A stretch of DNA of 64,000 bases from the NCBI GenBank assembly GCA_030265395.1, contig JARFYF010000094.1, positions 92,178,283-92,242,282 of the forward strand. Reading direction: 5' to 3'. Below are positions 24,105 to 38,277 of this stretch, piece by piece. The notes beneath the pieces are model-generated. The model saw only the letters and a program-made list of their open reading frames with translations, was not told the DNA's origin and searched no databases. The stretch's first letter is position 1, and each line of letters starts with the position of its first letter. Position numbers and translations under genes: made by a program. This stretch comes from Rhina ancylostomus. Its lineage: Eukaryota.

Positions 24105-25479
24105 CTGAATAACAAAAATACAGGTTGCACTAAGTATGAAGAAAAGAATTATGTGACTGACTGGAGGAAGTAGTGATGTTAATCTGACATTCACTCTGCT
24201 CTTCACTGCCTTTTACCCAGCCTGGGGTACTGGAGCCTGATGCTCAGGTGCAAAGTACTGTTTTGCTGATCTGCTGCCTATTATCAAATACCCACCAGCT
24301 CCACAACCACATCACCCCTCCCACNNNNNNNNNNATAGCTTTAGTTTCTTTTAAGAAGGCAGATTCCCAACGTCAGACTTGCATCTGGGCAGCAGGTTGA
24401 AAAGCTATCCCACGATGCTTCACGACACAACCAAAACAAGAATTCAAATGCAGAATATTGCAATGTCACAGTAGTACCATCTATGAGGATGCTGAGCTAG
24501 CATTGGGATCAGTGATGCATGAACTCAGAGAGGTAAGTTCTGCTCTGTGGAATCAGCACTGCTTTCTCAACCAGCACTATACAGGTATTAGGCTGTTCTA
24601 TGCGATGAGTGTCTTTGTAAATGAAACATACATAGAACTTAACATAGCAAGTTAGAGGATGTATCATAAGAGGATTTAACTTTATGAAAGAATGGGACGA
24701 ACAAAACTATTCACTTTTATCCACTTCATGGGCACAAGGTCCTGTGAGAACTGTAAAAGACAGTAGGATAAACTTCTTCACTTAGAGAGCAAAGATGTTC
24801 TGGAATTCATTTACAGGGTTAATGGTTAGACCAGAAACTGTATCAAGATCAGATAGAGTAGGTGGATGCAGGAAAATAAGTTGAAGGGATCTGGGAACAG
24901 GGTGTGTAGATGTGATTAGAACTGTTTGCTCACAATGACATGGTCTGGTTAATACAAATGGCAAGTTTTCGTGCTGAAATGTATCTGAAATATCATTGAA
25001 AGTAAATACTTATTTGGCAGACACCAGACCTTTGACATAGATATGCTAGAGTGATGGTTGGCTCTGTTCCTCAGTAAGTTTTGATGCCACACCTGAATGC
25101 CAGCCTGCTAACTGACCATCCAAGGGCTGAAGCTGTGCTCTTACTCCAGTGGAAAAGGAGATGGATTGGGTGTAGTCTGCAGGGCAAAATTTCTAGTGTT
25201 GATTTTCAGGAGGGGGCAAGACTGGGACTAGTTAGAAGGTGCTGTGCTCTGGCAGAAGTTGTTGACAGGAGTGCATATGGGTCCTGCCTGGGAGAAGCTT
25301 AAATGTGTTAATACTTCAAGATATGATGGTGTCATTTGCCTTTTCCAAGTGTAGAATGGGGGGAGGGGAGAGACCAGGCCGTTTTTTCTCTCTTATGTCT
25401 TATTAGGTGCCCTGGATATAACTGCTTCTCTTGGCCATGCTCCCCATTCTGATGAACTCCTTTCAGGATAAATATAACA

Positions 25480-25670
25480 GGTTCGGGCTCTCTGGCACCC
25501 ATTACCTCCCCACATCACCCCTGCACCCACTTTTCAAATGCCTCCTTCTGCAAGCAATAGATTTAATAAGCCTCAATGCTAGAAACACTTCATACCCACC
25601 CAGCAGTTCATTTCCAGTTATGATAAAGAAGGGTCTCAACCCACAATATTCACTCAACTTTTGGTAAATA
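25480..25670 (+). mobile_element. Degenerate Penelope-like repeat
   Basis: C-rich body followed by CAGTTATGATAAAGAAGGGTCTCAACCC. Confidence 0.45.
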
Positions 25671-27013
25671 GTTCAGCTCTGAGTTTCTAATGAAGCAAAT
25701 TTTACAATAAACCTTGTTCTACTCATTTTGTTCCTATCTTGTAAAGTGAAGCTGCTTGTATCAAATGTGTTATAAATAATGACAAGAAGGTAGAAAAAAT
25801 ATTTCTGCCATCAAAGCACAGATCTAGGGCAATCTGAACATTTTATGCGCAAGGGCACAACTGCACCGCAAACCTGATTCACTCTGGAAACACTGACCAG
25901 TAAGAATTTGCATTCTTAAAGGATTATATTCAGCAGGGAGTTACCAGCCACACACCAATTTATTTTACTGAGTTTAACAAATAAACTCATGGGCAGAAAT
26001 AGCAGCAGTGATATGATCATATCTCTACACAATGATGTGTTAATTTTTATGTAGCAGCAACCAACTCCCCCCCCCCCCACTAAGCCCCAACCCTGGATTA
26101 ATTTAGAAACTTTGAATTAAAATTGAGAAGCAACAGAACAGTGGTGCCAAATTTAGTGCCCATCACAAAGCTGTGTCATGAGGGAGAGCAGAGAGCTTTG
26201 GAATGGCATTTGTTCAGAGACTGTTGACAGAAGTAGTCTAATCTAGTTATTTTCCCGTTAACAGGAACTTTATCAATAGCTCCCTTGCAGAATTCAGTTA
26301 ATATGGTGGAAATGAAAGAGTGAAGTTTGTGCATTTTACCACCAGGTGGCTCCTTATACCCAAGGATCCCCCACTGTGCCTGGTGACTGAAAACCAAGAG
26401 CTACAAAACTTTTGAAACAGGCTCCGTTCCTTATCGCAAGAAAGATGTGGATTCGGTTTAACTACTTTATCTGGGAACAGCTAAGAAAACACCCTTTCTC
26501 TCCGCATCTACACCACTATGGAAAACCAGTTCTAATAGGGTGGAGAGAGCTGAACTTCCATTTAATAAGAACTCAATAGACTCCATTGTCTTGTTAGAAC
26601 ACTCTGTAAATCTAGTCTTTTTTTCAGACACAGATTTTCCTCTCCAGTGTTGTGTTAATGCTTAAACTGAAATATGCAATAAATCTGCAACAGACGTGGA
26701 GGTGAAACCTCGAATGAAGTTGTGCAAACAAAAAAATCACATCTCAAAAGGTTCAGTTCCTGCTGAGGATGCATCAAAAAATATTCTCTGTACAATTTTC
26801 CAAGTTATTCTACTGATAAAGAAACAGGATTTTTAAATGGACCACTGTGAGATCTCCCTTTTGTTGCAACTCCTTTAGTTTACTTTCTTCCATCTCAGGT
26901 GTCACCATCATCTATTCTGTAATTAATTTCTCTTTCCACCCACTTTTATGAATACAACAACTGGGGTCCTCAAAAGGTTAAACTGTTACACGCTGCTTGA
27001 AGACACAAAAGAA

Positions 27014-27352
27014 GAATCACAGAGTCATACAGTACAGAAATAGGCCCTTCAGCTCAGTGGGCCTTTACCAAACATTAAGTACTCATTTACACTACTCCCC
27101 TTCCATTCTCTCCATGTTCTCATCAACCCCCTTTAGGTTCTACCGCTCACCTACTCACTAGGGGCAACTTACAGTGGCCAATTAACCTACCAGCCCACAC
27201 AACTTTTAGAATGTGGGAGGAAACCAGAGCACGCAGAGGAAACCCACAGGGACAATGTGCAAGTCCACATAGACAGCACCAGAGGTCAAGATTGAACTGG
27301 GTCTCTGGAGCTGTGAGGTAGCAGCTCTACTAACTGCACCATTGTGCTACCC
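27014..27352 (-). mobile_element. Near full-length V-type SINE with a CR1-type tail
   Basis: Reverse complement of the 12745-13084 element (TGTGGGAGGAAACCAGAGCAC...GGCCCTTCAGC). Confidence 0.85.
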
Positions 27353-27759
27353 AGCTGAGGTGCTATACTGCCCCACCCAAATTTGCACATTTTGCAGGCA
27401 CAGTATATGAAGTTCAATGGGGTGAGAGTCCCCTGCTGATAGAGTATAAAGTAGGATTAGCAATGAGGCTAAAGGGTCATGGAATATAATGTGTGTTAAA
27501 TATGATCTATACCTGTTGAGCATTGTTAAGGGTCCTTACCAATTTTTTTTTCGGAATTCACTGCACTGCTTCCTTTACATTTTCTGTCAAAACTCTGTCT
27601 CTGTTTTTGGGCAGTGGTTGGGTGATGTTGGACTGTGCAATGCAATGTAAAAACAGGAGCAAACAAAGACAAAGATCTCCCTAATGAGTCACTAAACCCT
27701 GAAAATGGAAGGGATCTCTCAGTTCTCTGGAAGTTATGAAATGAATGGCACAGCAGTAT

Positions 27760-28090
27760 AATTACAATGTTACTACACCTGTGAGTCAGAGGTCTGGACT
27801 AATAATCCAGAAAACAAGAGTTCAAATCCCACTTTGAGAATTTGAATATAATTTGATAAAACTTGGAAATTAACAGTTGCTCTCATTAAAAGTGACAATG
27901 AAATTGCCAGATTAAAATAAAACTACTGTCTTTGAGGGAAGGAAACTTGCTGTCCTGAACTGGTCCAGCCTTAATGCAAGTCCAGTCATGGATCACAGAC
28001 GTGACTTTTATATGCCCTTGAAATGCCATGTAAGTTACAGGGATGTGCAGTAAGTGTTGATACTAGCCGTGATGTAGATATCTCAATGAT
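27760..28090 (+). mobile_element. LF-SINE-like relic
   Basis: GGACTAATAATCCAGA...GAGTTCAAATCCCAC (B-box) ...CTTTGAGGGAAGGAAACTTGCTGTCCT. Confidence 0.5.
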
Positions 28091-31000
28091 GAGTTTTTAA
28101 AAATCTCCCCACACCCAGAATTAACTAGATAAGTTTTATTTAGTATGTAATTTATGTGTTTGGAAAAGTCAGTGACCAACTCTATTAATAGATGTGGCTG
28201 AGCTCACATGTGCTGTCAGAGGTAATGAATAATTGCAGACCTTTCAACTTTCCAGGAAGTTAACTGGGATAATATGAACAGAACTCGAGGACTATTGCTC
28301 CTAATGATTCCTAACAGGGTCATTTTACTCACAGAGTCCTGAAGCTCTGCTCAGCTAATGCCATGTTGAGGCCACCNNNNNNNNNNNNNNNNNNNNNNNN
28401 NNNNNNNNNNNNNNNNNNNNNNNNNNNNNNNNNNNNNNNNNNNNNNNNNNNNNNNNNNNNNNNNNNNNNNNNNNNNGCTCTGCTCAGCTAATGACATGTT
28501 GAGGCCACCAAACACTTTAATTCACATGGATTATACCTGTGACCAGACTTCTTACAATCCTTCCACTTCTCACACATATCTCACAACTGCCCAGGACACC
28601 TAAGAAACATGGTGATACTGTACTTTTCATTAAAGTGCCTGTTTCCTTGTCTAAACATTGTTCCCAAACCTAAATAAAAATCTTGTCAGACTTGTCCAAT
28701 ATGAAATTCCTTTCATCTTTGTATTCTAAGCAAAATGAAAGATGGGATATGACACAGTATTTGGCCTTTTGTTAAATCAGAATCTGCCTCTTTAATCAAC
28801 ACAATACTTTCAGAGGTATTGGCCCACGGACTTCACCGTGGCAGTCACTGGGCTGGGGAATGTACCAGTTGCTGCATTGGGTTTTAAGTAGTTACTTGAT
28901 GCATGAAGGCCAGGTCTAGGTTTGTTCTGTCAATAAACTCAAATTTGACCTTGTGGTTTGCTCCCTTGCACACTCTCAATAGCTTGTCTGGCTGTCCAAC
29001 TAAATACATAAATATGAGCAGGAGTAGGTTATACTGTCCCTCACATTTGTGCTCCCATTCAATAACTGACCTTCTTCTTCAACTCCATTTTACTTCCCCT
29101 ATCCCCATTTTCCTCAACTCCTATGAAACTTAAAGTACTCAGCAATGGAGCAGTTTCAGCCGGAATGGACCATTTCAAAAGTTAAAGCATGGATGTCTGT
29201 TTTAGATTTGCACTTGTTGCAAACTACATCACTATTGATGACCCAATATATGCTCTTCCCACTTATACCAGTGAACAACAGTGGTCTCCTTGGGAAGTGT
29301 TGAGTGGTCAGAAAATCAAGGGCAACTTTAATTCTAGAGCCAGGAAGTGGCTCTGCAGTAGCTGCTGATACTTGGCGCTTTATCATTTTCTGATAATTCT
29401 CCTAATCTTTAAGCCATAAAAATGTACTCAGAGGATGTGAGAAGACAGACATTGTACTGTGTAGGAGACTGGCAAAAACTCTGTACACCCAGTAGAGGGC
29501 CACGGGATATTATTCAACCGACTTTTAATAAGGGAAAAACAGAAATTCACAGAGAGTAACTTAAAAGATGGAGAATTTTCAAAGTCATGTTGTATTGATT
29601 TCTAAAGCTGTATCAACAACGTAGTAAGTTCAATATTTTTGTGTGTCCACTTCCTAAATGTAAATCAGTGCTGGGTGTTACAGGAATTGTTTTAAATGGT
29701 AGGTACTCACAAGATGCACTGGGCATGTTGAAAAGCTATTATTTGAGTGGCCATTTGGAGCTGCTTGAACACTGTAATGCAAACATTGCCGTGCTTCTAT
29801 GGTGTAACATGTCCTGAGGGTGGAAAAGTGATGAACAAGCCACTCCTACATGACTACCCTACACACCACCCCTCCAACCATTCTCACAGAGGCATTGTGT
29901 CAGAAACACTCGGAACATTAATAGTTACCAACAAACTTCAAAATCATTGATAATATAGTGAGAGAGGTATCTCCACTCACACTTCAATTTGTGAAGTAAA
30001 ATAAACAACAGTCTAGATATATTGATACATACATTCAGATATAAAGACAGGCACAGATATCGAGCTATTTGTGTAGAAAGTTACGGACATAAAATTGTGA
30101 ATAAAGTGTAAATCATTACAGCCTCCAATTTAAAGTCACAAGACAGGTTAGCTGACGGGTGGCCTGACTGCTTAAATAATGAGCAACTTTGACACTTACT
30201 ATGTTACGCGGCCAGTTTGCCGATTGTGAAACCATGGCAACAAGCCAGTAGCCAACTGTTGCATTTGATTTAATGAGCACGAGCACTGCTCAAAACTAGT
30301 AAAACAAAATGTCTCAAGGGTGTTATGGTTAGCTGGCATTTGCACAAATGAATGACCAAGCCAATCATATTGTAACATGGCAACAAGACCACATCAGAAA
30401 TGGCAGCATTTTGATTAGTACCAGCAGCTAGGAGTCCAAAACCAATCTCCTCCAATCGGTGGACAACTCTTTTGCCATGTAAAATCCAGAGACTAAAACT
30501 AGTGTCAAGGATTGGTCAGGGGTGTATAATAATGTCAATTGTATGGGTAGCTCCCAGAATTCTTACTTTCCGTGACATAAATACTGAAAATAATCTGGGA
30601 ACAAGGAAGTGGTGAACTGCACAAGACATTGCTGAGTCTGAGGTTATGTCGTGCTCTAGGATGCTTTGCCTATGGAACAACTCTAATTACAAAGTCTCAG
30701 ATGGACACGTTTGGGATAACAAGATTTTTGCTGCACTAGGACTTTGCTCTTTTGTGAGTGAATGTGATAGTTCAGTACAAGGCATATCTGTATCAAACAT
30801 CATGTGACTCAGGACAAGCCTATAGTATGCAGTGAGGAGTGCAGAGGCATTTAAGATGAGTGAGATGGGCAAGATTCTGGACAAAATGCAGAGGCAGATA
30901 TAAGCACTGGCCTTGTAAAGGAATTTTATACATAAGTAACAATAAGCTTAAAATTCCTGATGGAAATCTAATTGAAGGTTTTAGAATGGAGAAATGAACA

Positions 31001-34000
31001 ACTCTGCATAAGCTTCATATGACTTAACTTATAGAGAGAGCACAATTTGGTTCCTTGATGTGAATACACATATGCTAATGCTACAGACAGTACAGGAGCT
31101 AGGACTAGAAAGTTAAGTGTGCACATACATATTTTTGTGTGAAGGATTGCGTGTGCATGGGGGGTCAAGGAATGTGTTGTGGGAAGTGGTGGTATCTGTG
31201 GGAAGGGGTAGGAGGCAATGGAATTACAGTGAAAGATAGTATCCCTTTAGAACTTCAGAACCATTATTCGAACATGGTTCAGTTGGTAGTCCCACCAAGA
31301 TCAGATTGTGTGTGCTTTACAGCATTTAATTGTCCGTGTTTGTCTTGGCTACATAGGCATAGCCAGAAAACAAGCTATAGAAAGACTTTTTGAAGTCTGA
31401 TATAAGGACTTCCTTATATTCCAATAAGGAAGTCCTATATTGCGTGGAGGTGCTGTATCCACACAATGTGCCAACAGGAAAAAGTGTAGATATTAACATA
31501 CATCAAAAGTGAAATATGGATACACTAAAATATAATACAAAATGAATTGAATGAAATAAAGTATATGCATAAAATGGGCAGTAAATTACACCAGTAAATT
31601 ACAGTACAAAATAGACAACACAATGTAAAATATACATGCATGAGCAAACACAAAGGTACACATACTAAATAGACAAAAGCATAGGGCATATCATGATCAA
31701 TATATTCACAAACAACTTGCACACGCAAAGCATGTGCAACAGTACCCAAACATCTATTCACTATGGAAATAATTTTAACCTAACTTGTATGGCAGATAAC
31801 CGACAGAACAAAAATTTAGGTGGAATGCAAAAAAAGTAATGTGACCAATTCTACTAGTTACTTGGTAAACAAGTTAGGTTAAAACTGACTCCAATGTTCT
31901 CCAGGCCTGGGCTAAATATTCTAACATTGAAAAAAAACTGGGGAACTGAAATATCTAGTTTTAAAGGGAAATGCCTTTTAATGTTTATACCCAACGGTCA
32001 AAATTAAAATCAGCAGTTGTTGATTGACTGAAATGAACAAGAGTCTGTAGAGAGTCCAAAGTTACTTATTTCCACTCTAGAATCAGTTTTCCAATATTGT
32101 TGTGTAGTAAATGAATATTTATGGGAATTTTAAGGATGTTCATCCTTTTCATAACCACACTTAGTGTAAGAATAATGCTCCTTCACAGGGAGATCTGCCG
32201 ATTTCATTTTCAGTTTGCCTTATGTTGAATGAAACTAAAATGAGGCACATTACCCCAAGCTAGGTTTTTCACTAGAAATCTAATCTCGATGCTTAACCAG
32301 GCCTTTGGCTTTATGCCTAGATTCCAATAATAGAAATCATGTGCAGCCCACTTACTCAGTATGATATGGTTGTGTATGATTATTGAGCATATTACATGTT
32401 TGAATTGACCTTTGTATAAAAGCTGTTTATTAAGGATGTATCCCTACAGAGCAGATAACTTCTCACATGCAGCTTTTTGCTAATTGAACATGGCTGAATA
32501 TTATTAAATGGAATTACAGAAGCAATTATTAAAAATCTGCCGTTACTACCCTGCTAGCAACAGTGTGTATCTTAAGCAGTGTAGTGTGCAGATAATGTGA
32601 ACACTAGGATAACAATCACAGCCCTGCATGTATCATATGAAGCATGTATGTTGTTTGTGATCTGCTTGCAATAGTAAGTGGCCAGGTTTTCAGCATTAGT
32701 CCCAGCCAGGTAAGATCAAGATTACTTCATCACAGAATCAATCCTCTACTCAGCCTTAAGAGTTCAGGCTCAATGCCCAACTAATTGCAAAATAACTTCG
32801 GTGCTGCAAGATTTTCTTTTCAGCTGTTCTACCTGAATGTCAGTGACACAAAACATTGCAAAGAAACAGCTAGGTAGAGTCTGAATGATCAGCCCAAATT
32901 GTGATCTCCAGACTAGGCACCAAAGAGATTATATCTGGTATTGATGAAATAAGAAAAGTTTGAGAACTATGAAAAGGTTGTGCTCAGATTTTGCAATGAA
33001 ATGTTTTGCTTGGATTCAGGATTCCATACAATGGGAGTGTATGGGATGTGGTTTGCTCCACTGGAATTTTATGCTTGGATATGATTATCCTTGGATCGGG
33101 TCTAGGTTTATCTTAAGTCAGCTAGATCCTAAAAACAGCCTGGGCTTTTGCATTAAGTGGCTGTGAGGAGAGGTTCCCAACATTGTTCCTCTGAATAATC
33201 AGTGTTTATAATTACCATATCATGAGATGGGAAAAGGGCTGTGGGATTATCATNNNNNCATTATTATTTGATGAATTGCATATTGTTTGATCATGACATC
33301 CTTAATCGGAATGCTTTTCCTAGAGGGAGAGACAATGTAACAATTGTCATAAAACTGTCACCAGGCCAAACAATTGCTTCCCAAAGGAAGGAGACAGAAA
33401 TGTGAAAGGGTTGATTCAGACCAGGTGGCAATGGAGACACCAAGACCAAAGGAGGCATTTTGAAACCTATAGAAAATTGTTTCTTAAAAAACATGAGAAG
33501 TGATGGAAGTCTCTATTGTAAGCAGGACTATGTCACATCACAATAGTGATTAATGCGACTAGTGGTCAGTGTGGTCGCCAGTTAGTGGGACATTTCAATG
33601 ATTACAGTCTCCAGCCAGCAGAACAATGCAGTCACTGCAATGACTGCAGATTCCGGTCAATAGAACAATTCAGTGACTGCAAGTTCAGGGATGTGAAACA
33701 ATTAACGACAGGAAAGTTACTACTTCCAACCACCAACTCAGGTTAGAATATAGAATGGGTCCCAATTAAATCACTGGAAGGTGCCATTAGTCAGACTGGG
33801 AATGGAGAGAAGGTTTAACTGACCCCCGCATCCCCACCACCACCTCTATGTTCAACCTAGTTTGGTCGGGGTGGAGGATATTTAAAAATTGAACCTCGGC
33901 ACTGGGGATTCCAATATTTTTCATTTTAAAATTAGCAATATTGTAAAATGGAAAATATTGGATTGGCTATCTCTTTGGCATTTCTTCCAAGTATACCTCT

Positions 34001-34220
34001 CTATTGACTTCATAGTTACTAACAAGGAACACAATATGCAGTCACAATCAGAACTAAATTAACATGACAACCACTGTAGTTCAGCATGTATCACTGAAGA
34101 GACATTTCAGTGCAATAGAGCAATACAAAAACTACCATTAAACAAAAGCTAAAACTATTGATTTGTAAGTCGGGAGAAAGTAGTAAATGATACCATATTT
34201 ACCATGGTGTTGTACAGTAG

Positions 34221-34625
34221 ATGATCACCTCCTCCCCCTCCCCCTTCCCCTCCTCCTCCGCACCTGCCTATCACTATCTCTTACCTGCATCTACTGATCA
34301 CCACCTTGTGCCCACCCCGCCTCCCCTCTTTTGTCCACCTATCACTGCTCTGCTTTTCCCTCCTATNNNNNNNNNNNNNNNNNNNNNNNNNNNNNNNNNN
34401 NNNNNNNNNNNNNNNNNNNNNNNNNNNNNNNNNNNNNNNNNNNNNNNNNNNNNNNCCTGACCTGCTGAGTTCCTCCAGCATCATCGTGTTTTTCATCTAG
34501 ATTCCAGCATCTGCAGTCCTTTGTTTCTCTGAATGATTACCTGAATTTTGGATTCCAATCTCGTTTTCATTCTCTCTCCACAGTTCCTGCCTGACCTGCT
34601 GACCATTTTTTCTATTTCTTGTTTC
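34221..34625 (+). mobile_element. Same Penelope-like repeat family (N-gap over the expected hammerhead), plus a second partial tail at about 34560-34620
   Basis: 43/43 identity to bases 1-43, then CCTGACCTGCTGAGTTCCTCCAGCATC...GATTCCAGCATCTGCAG. Confidence 0.75.
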
Positions 34626-36529
34626 TATAATTGTTACTCAATTACAATTAGCTCAGCAATATAACAAAGGAAAACCAAACAACAAAAATCATATCTGAAT
34701 TGAACTTAAAAGAATCTGAAAGTGATCGCCAGATGCAAACAGAAAATATCAAGCAATTTTCATGGAGACAAAAAAAGGACAGCATTTATCACTTTGTTTG
34801 CATTGAATGAAGGTTGCTAGGCTTCCAGTCAGGACTAAAACTTTTCTTTGATTCTATTTTTCTTTAAAAATGGAGGTGTGAAAGGTAGGTAAAGAGACCA
34901 GTGTTTATTCTGGAGTACAAAAGGGTCCTATTCTGGCTTTGTCCTACATTCATAATAAAGCTTTTTCTCCTGTATCAGGGAGAGATTGCTCCTTTTCAAA
35001 AGCAAGACATAGGTGACTAAAATCAGATTGAAAGCTAACGTCCAATCTGAGTCTCACACAAAGTGCCATCGCTTGCTTTTATCACCTCACAGCTGCAAAG
35101 GAATAATACAGCTCTACACTACCCCAAGATAACTATCAAATATTTCCAAGCCTTATCTGAAGACCTCCTCCTTGCAGCTGTCTGTGTGTATAAGTGCATA
35201 CAAGAGGCTTACTCCTGGCCTTCATCCAGCAGGACACTTGGTAACATAAATCTATGCTAGGCTCAACCTTACCAAGAGTCCTCACAAGCAGCCGCACCCC
35301 TCTACTTTAAGGCACGAATGCTCGGTGTTGAATTTAACAGGCAAGCTCATGTAATTATAATTAAAGGCTAACAATCACCACTGATCGAGTGTCTCTGTTT
35401 CGGTCTTGATACTGAAAGACTGTCCTCACACAAAGGAGCCGTTCAGTGGGTGACGAGTAGTGCTCATTCATTACTTTGCCATTTCTTTGCCCCAAATGGA
35501 AGAGGCAGAGAAAAAGAAACTGCCAGGGGCACTTGAGTCAGTTCCTCAGCAGCCGGGCACTTCAGAAAACTCCCTCCAGTCAAAAACGACTAGTGTTCAC
35601 TCTGCTATAGTCAACTATTAAATATTCCATTGCTGGCTTTCTTTCAGCATTCCTTCTGTATCTCTTGGCATCAGACATTATAATTACTCTGCAACTCTCA
35701 CATATAGTTCATTATTCTGCCCGAGTTCATGTTTCCCACAGTGTTTACAGCTGTGGTATCACCTGTACATCTAAAATAAAGAGACACAATTCTAGATCCC
35801 TCTCCTCACAGATTTATAGTTCCCCCACAACTGTGATCTCCCACACAAGAAATACAACAAGGAAATAAACTTATAAGAACAGATGGCAGTTGGTGAAGTG
35901 GGAGGGGGGAGCAGAGGGTTAACCATTATAAAAATCAGTGCAATTTGCCCATTCAGTCACACAAGCCCAAAATCAACAAGGGGCCATTCATATTTTAGCA
36001 ACTCACCCTTCAGGCACCTATTTTGTGATTTGGATCAGGCCTGTGGACCTGTTGGGTAACGTGAATTAGATGGGGTTTTCATCTGAACTGGTTTGACATC
36101 TTAAATGATCATTGTACCGCAAAACTATTTTACAAATGAGCTGTCAAGTTTCCTAATCCTCCCAACAAAGTTCACTGTTAGGGACACTTCCTCTCAGCAC
36201 TGCACCCTGAAATAAAAAAAAGGGTTGCAGATCATAAACTGCAGCATTCAAGATGTTTCCTTAATACTATTGTACAGTAGTGGAGTTAAATTGACAATTT
36301 TCCACCCTGGAATGCCTGATATTAGTACTATTGATTAGCTCTCAATTACTCAAATGTTGCTTCCATAAATATTTGAAATAAGCAATGATGCTGAACAGAG
36401 CCTCGATTAAATAAAAAGGAAATGTGTCCAAGGACTCATGGAGATATATTCCAGACATAGACCCGTGATCATGTCTGTTGTCTGAAATAATATATCCAGA
36501 AAGATATGCCTTCTTCTTGTTACTATCAT

Positions 36530-36740
36530 TGGGGAGGAGGTACAGGAGCCTGAAGACCCAGAAACAGCTTTTTCCCTTCCACCATCAGATTTTTGAATGA
36601 ACCTATCCTGTTATTCACTTTTTGTCACTATTTATTTATTCTGTAATTTATAGTAATTTTCTGTCTTTGCCCTGTCCTGCTGCTGCAGAACAACACATTT
36701 CACATCATCTAAGTCAGTGATAATAAATCTGATTCCGATA
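36530..36740 (+). mobile_element. Rex1/Babar-type LINE 3' end
   Basis: GGGAGGAGGTACAGGAGCCTG (GRRYRSL) ...AGCTTTTTCCCTTCCACCATCAGATTTTTGAAT (SFFPSTIRFLN), tail GATAATAAATCTGATTC. Confidence 0.7.
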
Positions 36741-38050
36741 TCAGCTAATTTTCTTCTGTGCAATGAACTGTTCACTTTCCAAATACACTTGTCTAACTTT
36801 ATAAAAGAATGAAAATATTGTTAAAATTACAACAACAAATACCTTTCTTTCAGTGCCCTGCCATGGGTTGATTCTGTGCTCTGAGCCTATTCATAACATC
36901 ACTATTAACTGAGGCCAATCAGAATTTGGCATTAACTAGGCAATCATTCCTTTCACAATTTTAAGCATTGAGCATCACATCTGAAATCTGCTTTTAAATT
37001 AACTAGTTATCAATTAGTGTAACATGGACTTCACAAATGATAATGCTGTTTGTAATTTTTAAAAAGCAAGAATAATAGTTTGTGAGCTCAAATTGTTCAA
37101 TAAGGTTGGCTTCATTAGTTTGCAGAAACTTTGTTTTTGCCACCAACGTATCCCATTCAAATAACAGACCTTTCTGAATTGGAAATGTACCTCAAGTCCT
37201 TCATCATTGCTGGGTCTAAATCCGAACCTCCCGACTATGACGTGGAGTATTAAAGTAGGCAAAATCTGGCTGAGCTGAATGGTTGCTTCTGTGTCTATCT
37301 CCAGTGTAACTCTATGAATATATGACTCTATCTATTATCAACAAACTAACCCTGCACTTGCTGACAATGGAATCCAGTGTATAAAACAGACTAGCCAACT
37401 TGCGCATGTGAACTATAGTATAATTTCTTAAAAAAACAGATTTAAATGTAAAAAGTCAAAACTTAATTTCTGTGTGTAGCTTGCATAATCCTCAAAGGCT
37501 GCTTTATGAATCTTATCATGCTGATGCTTCTGATGTTTATTTTTAATTACTGTAGATGTCCCAATAATCAATAATGTACAAAGCTGCGGACTTGAACACA
37601 GAATTAAAATGGTCTAGCAACTGCTGATCAAGATAATTAACAGTACTAGATTACATTCATTTCCCTGCTCCAGAGTGTACATTATTAATCATTAATAACA
37701 AGGATGTTATTTATTAAGTTCTGTTATTTTACTATGGAATACAATAGTGATGAAAATTGTACAGATTTGACTGTGTATCACTTCAAATGTCAATACTGCC
37801 CAGCAATGCAGGCTGATGTACTGTATTGCAAACCATACTATCTGCTGGGACTAAAGTCACAGAAGGCACAGCAGTTAGCTAACAGTAAATGTGCTGGTTA
37901 ACAACATCTCCTCTTTTGGCAGTGTGGCATTAATGCAAGTGCGTGGCTTGTCATGCCAGTGGGAAAATCAAATATTTTAGACGTCAGTGAGTGTGAATAA
38001 GAAATGCAAATAATAATTAAAGGAGTGAGGATTTTTAAATTTTTTAAAAA

Positions 38051-38277
38051 TTTTATTTACAGCTTGGTAACAGGCCCTTCCGGCCTAACAAGTCCACACT
38101 GCCCATTTTAAACCCCCAAATTAACCTAGCCGTATGTCTTTGGAATGTGGGAGGAAACCAAAGCACCCAGAGGAAACCCACACAGACACGGAAGAACATA
38201 CAAACTCCTTACAGGCAGCGGCGGGAATCGAACCTGGGTCGCTGGTGCTGTAAAGCATCGTGCTAACCACTATGCTT
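38051..38277 (-). mobile_element. V-type SINE, second subfamily (tail ...GGAAGGGCCTGTTACC...TAAATAAAA)
   Basis: Antisense B-box GGGAATCGAACC and core TGTGGGAGGAAACC...CAAACTCCTTACAG. Confidence 0.85.
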
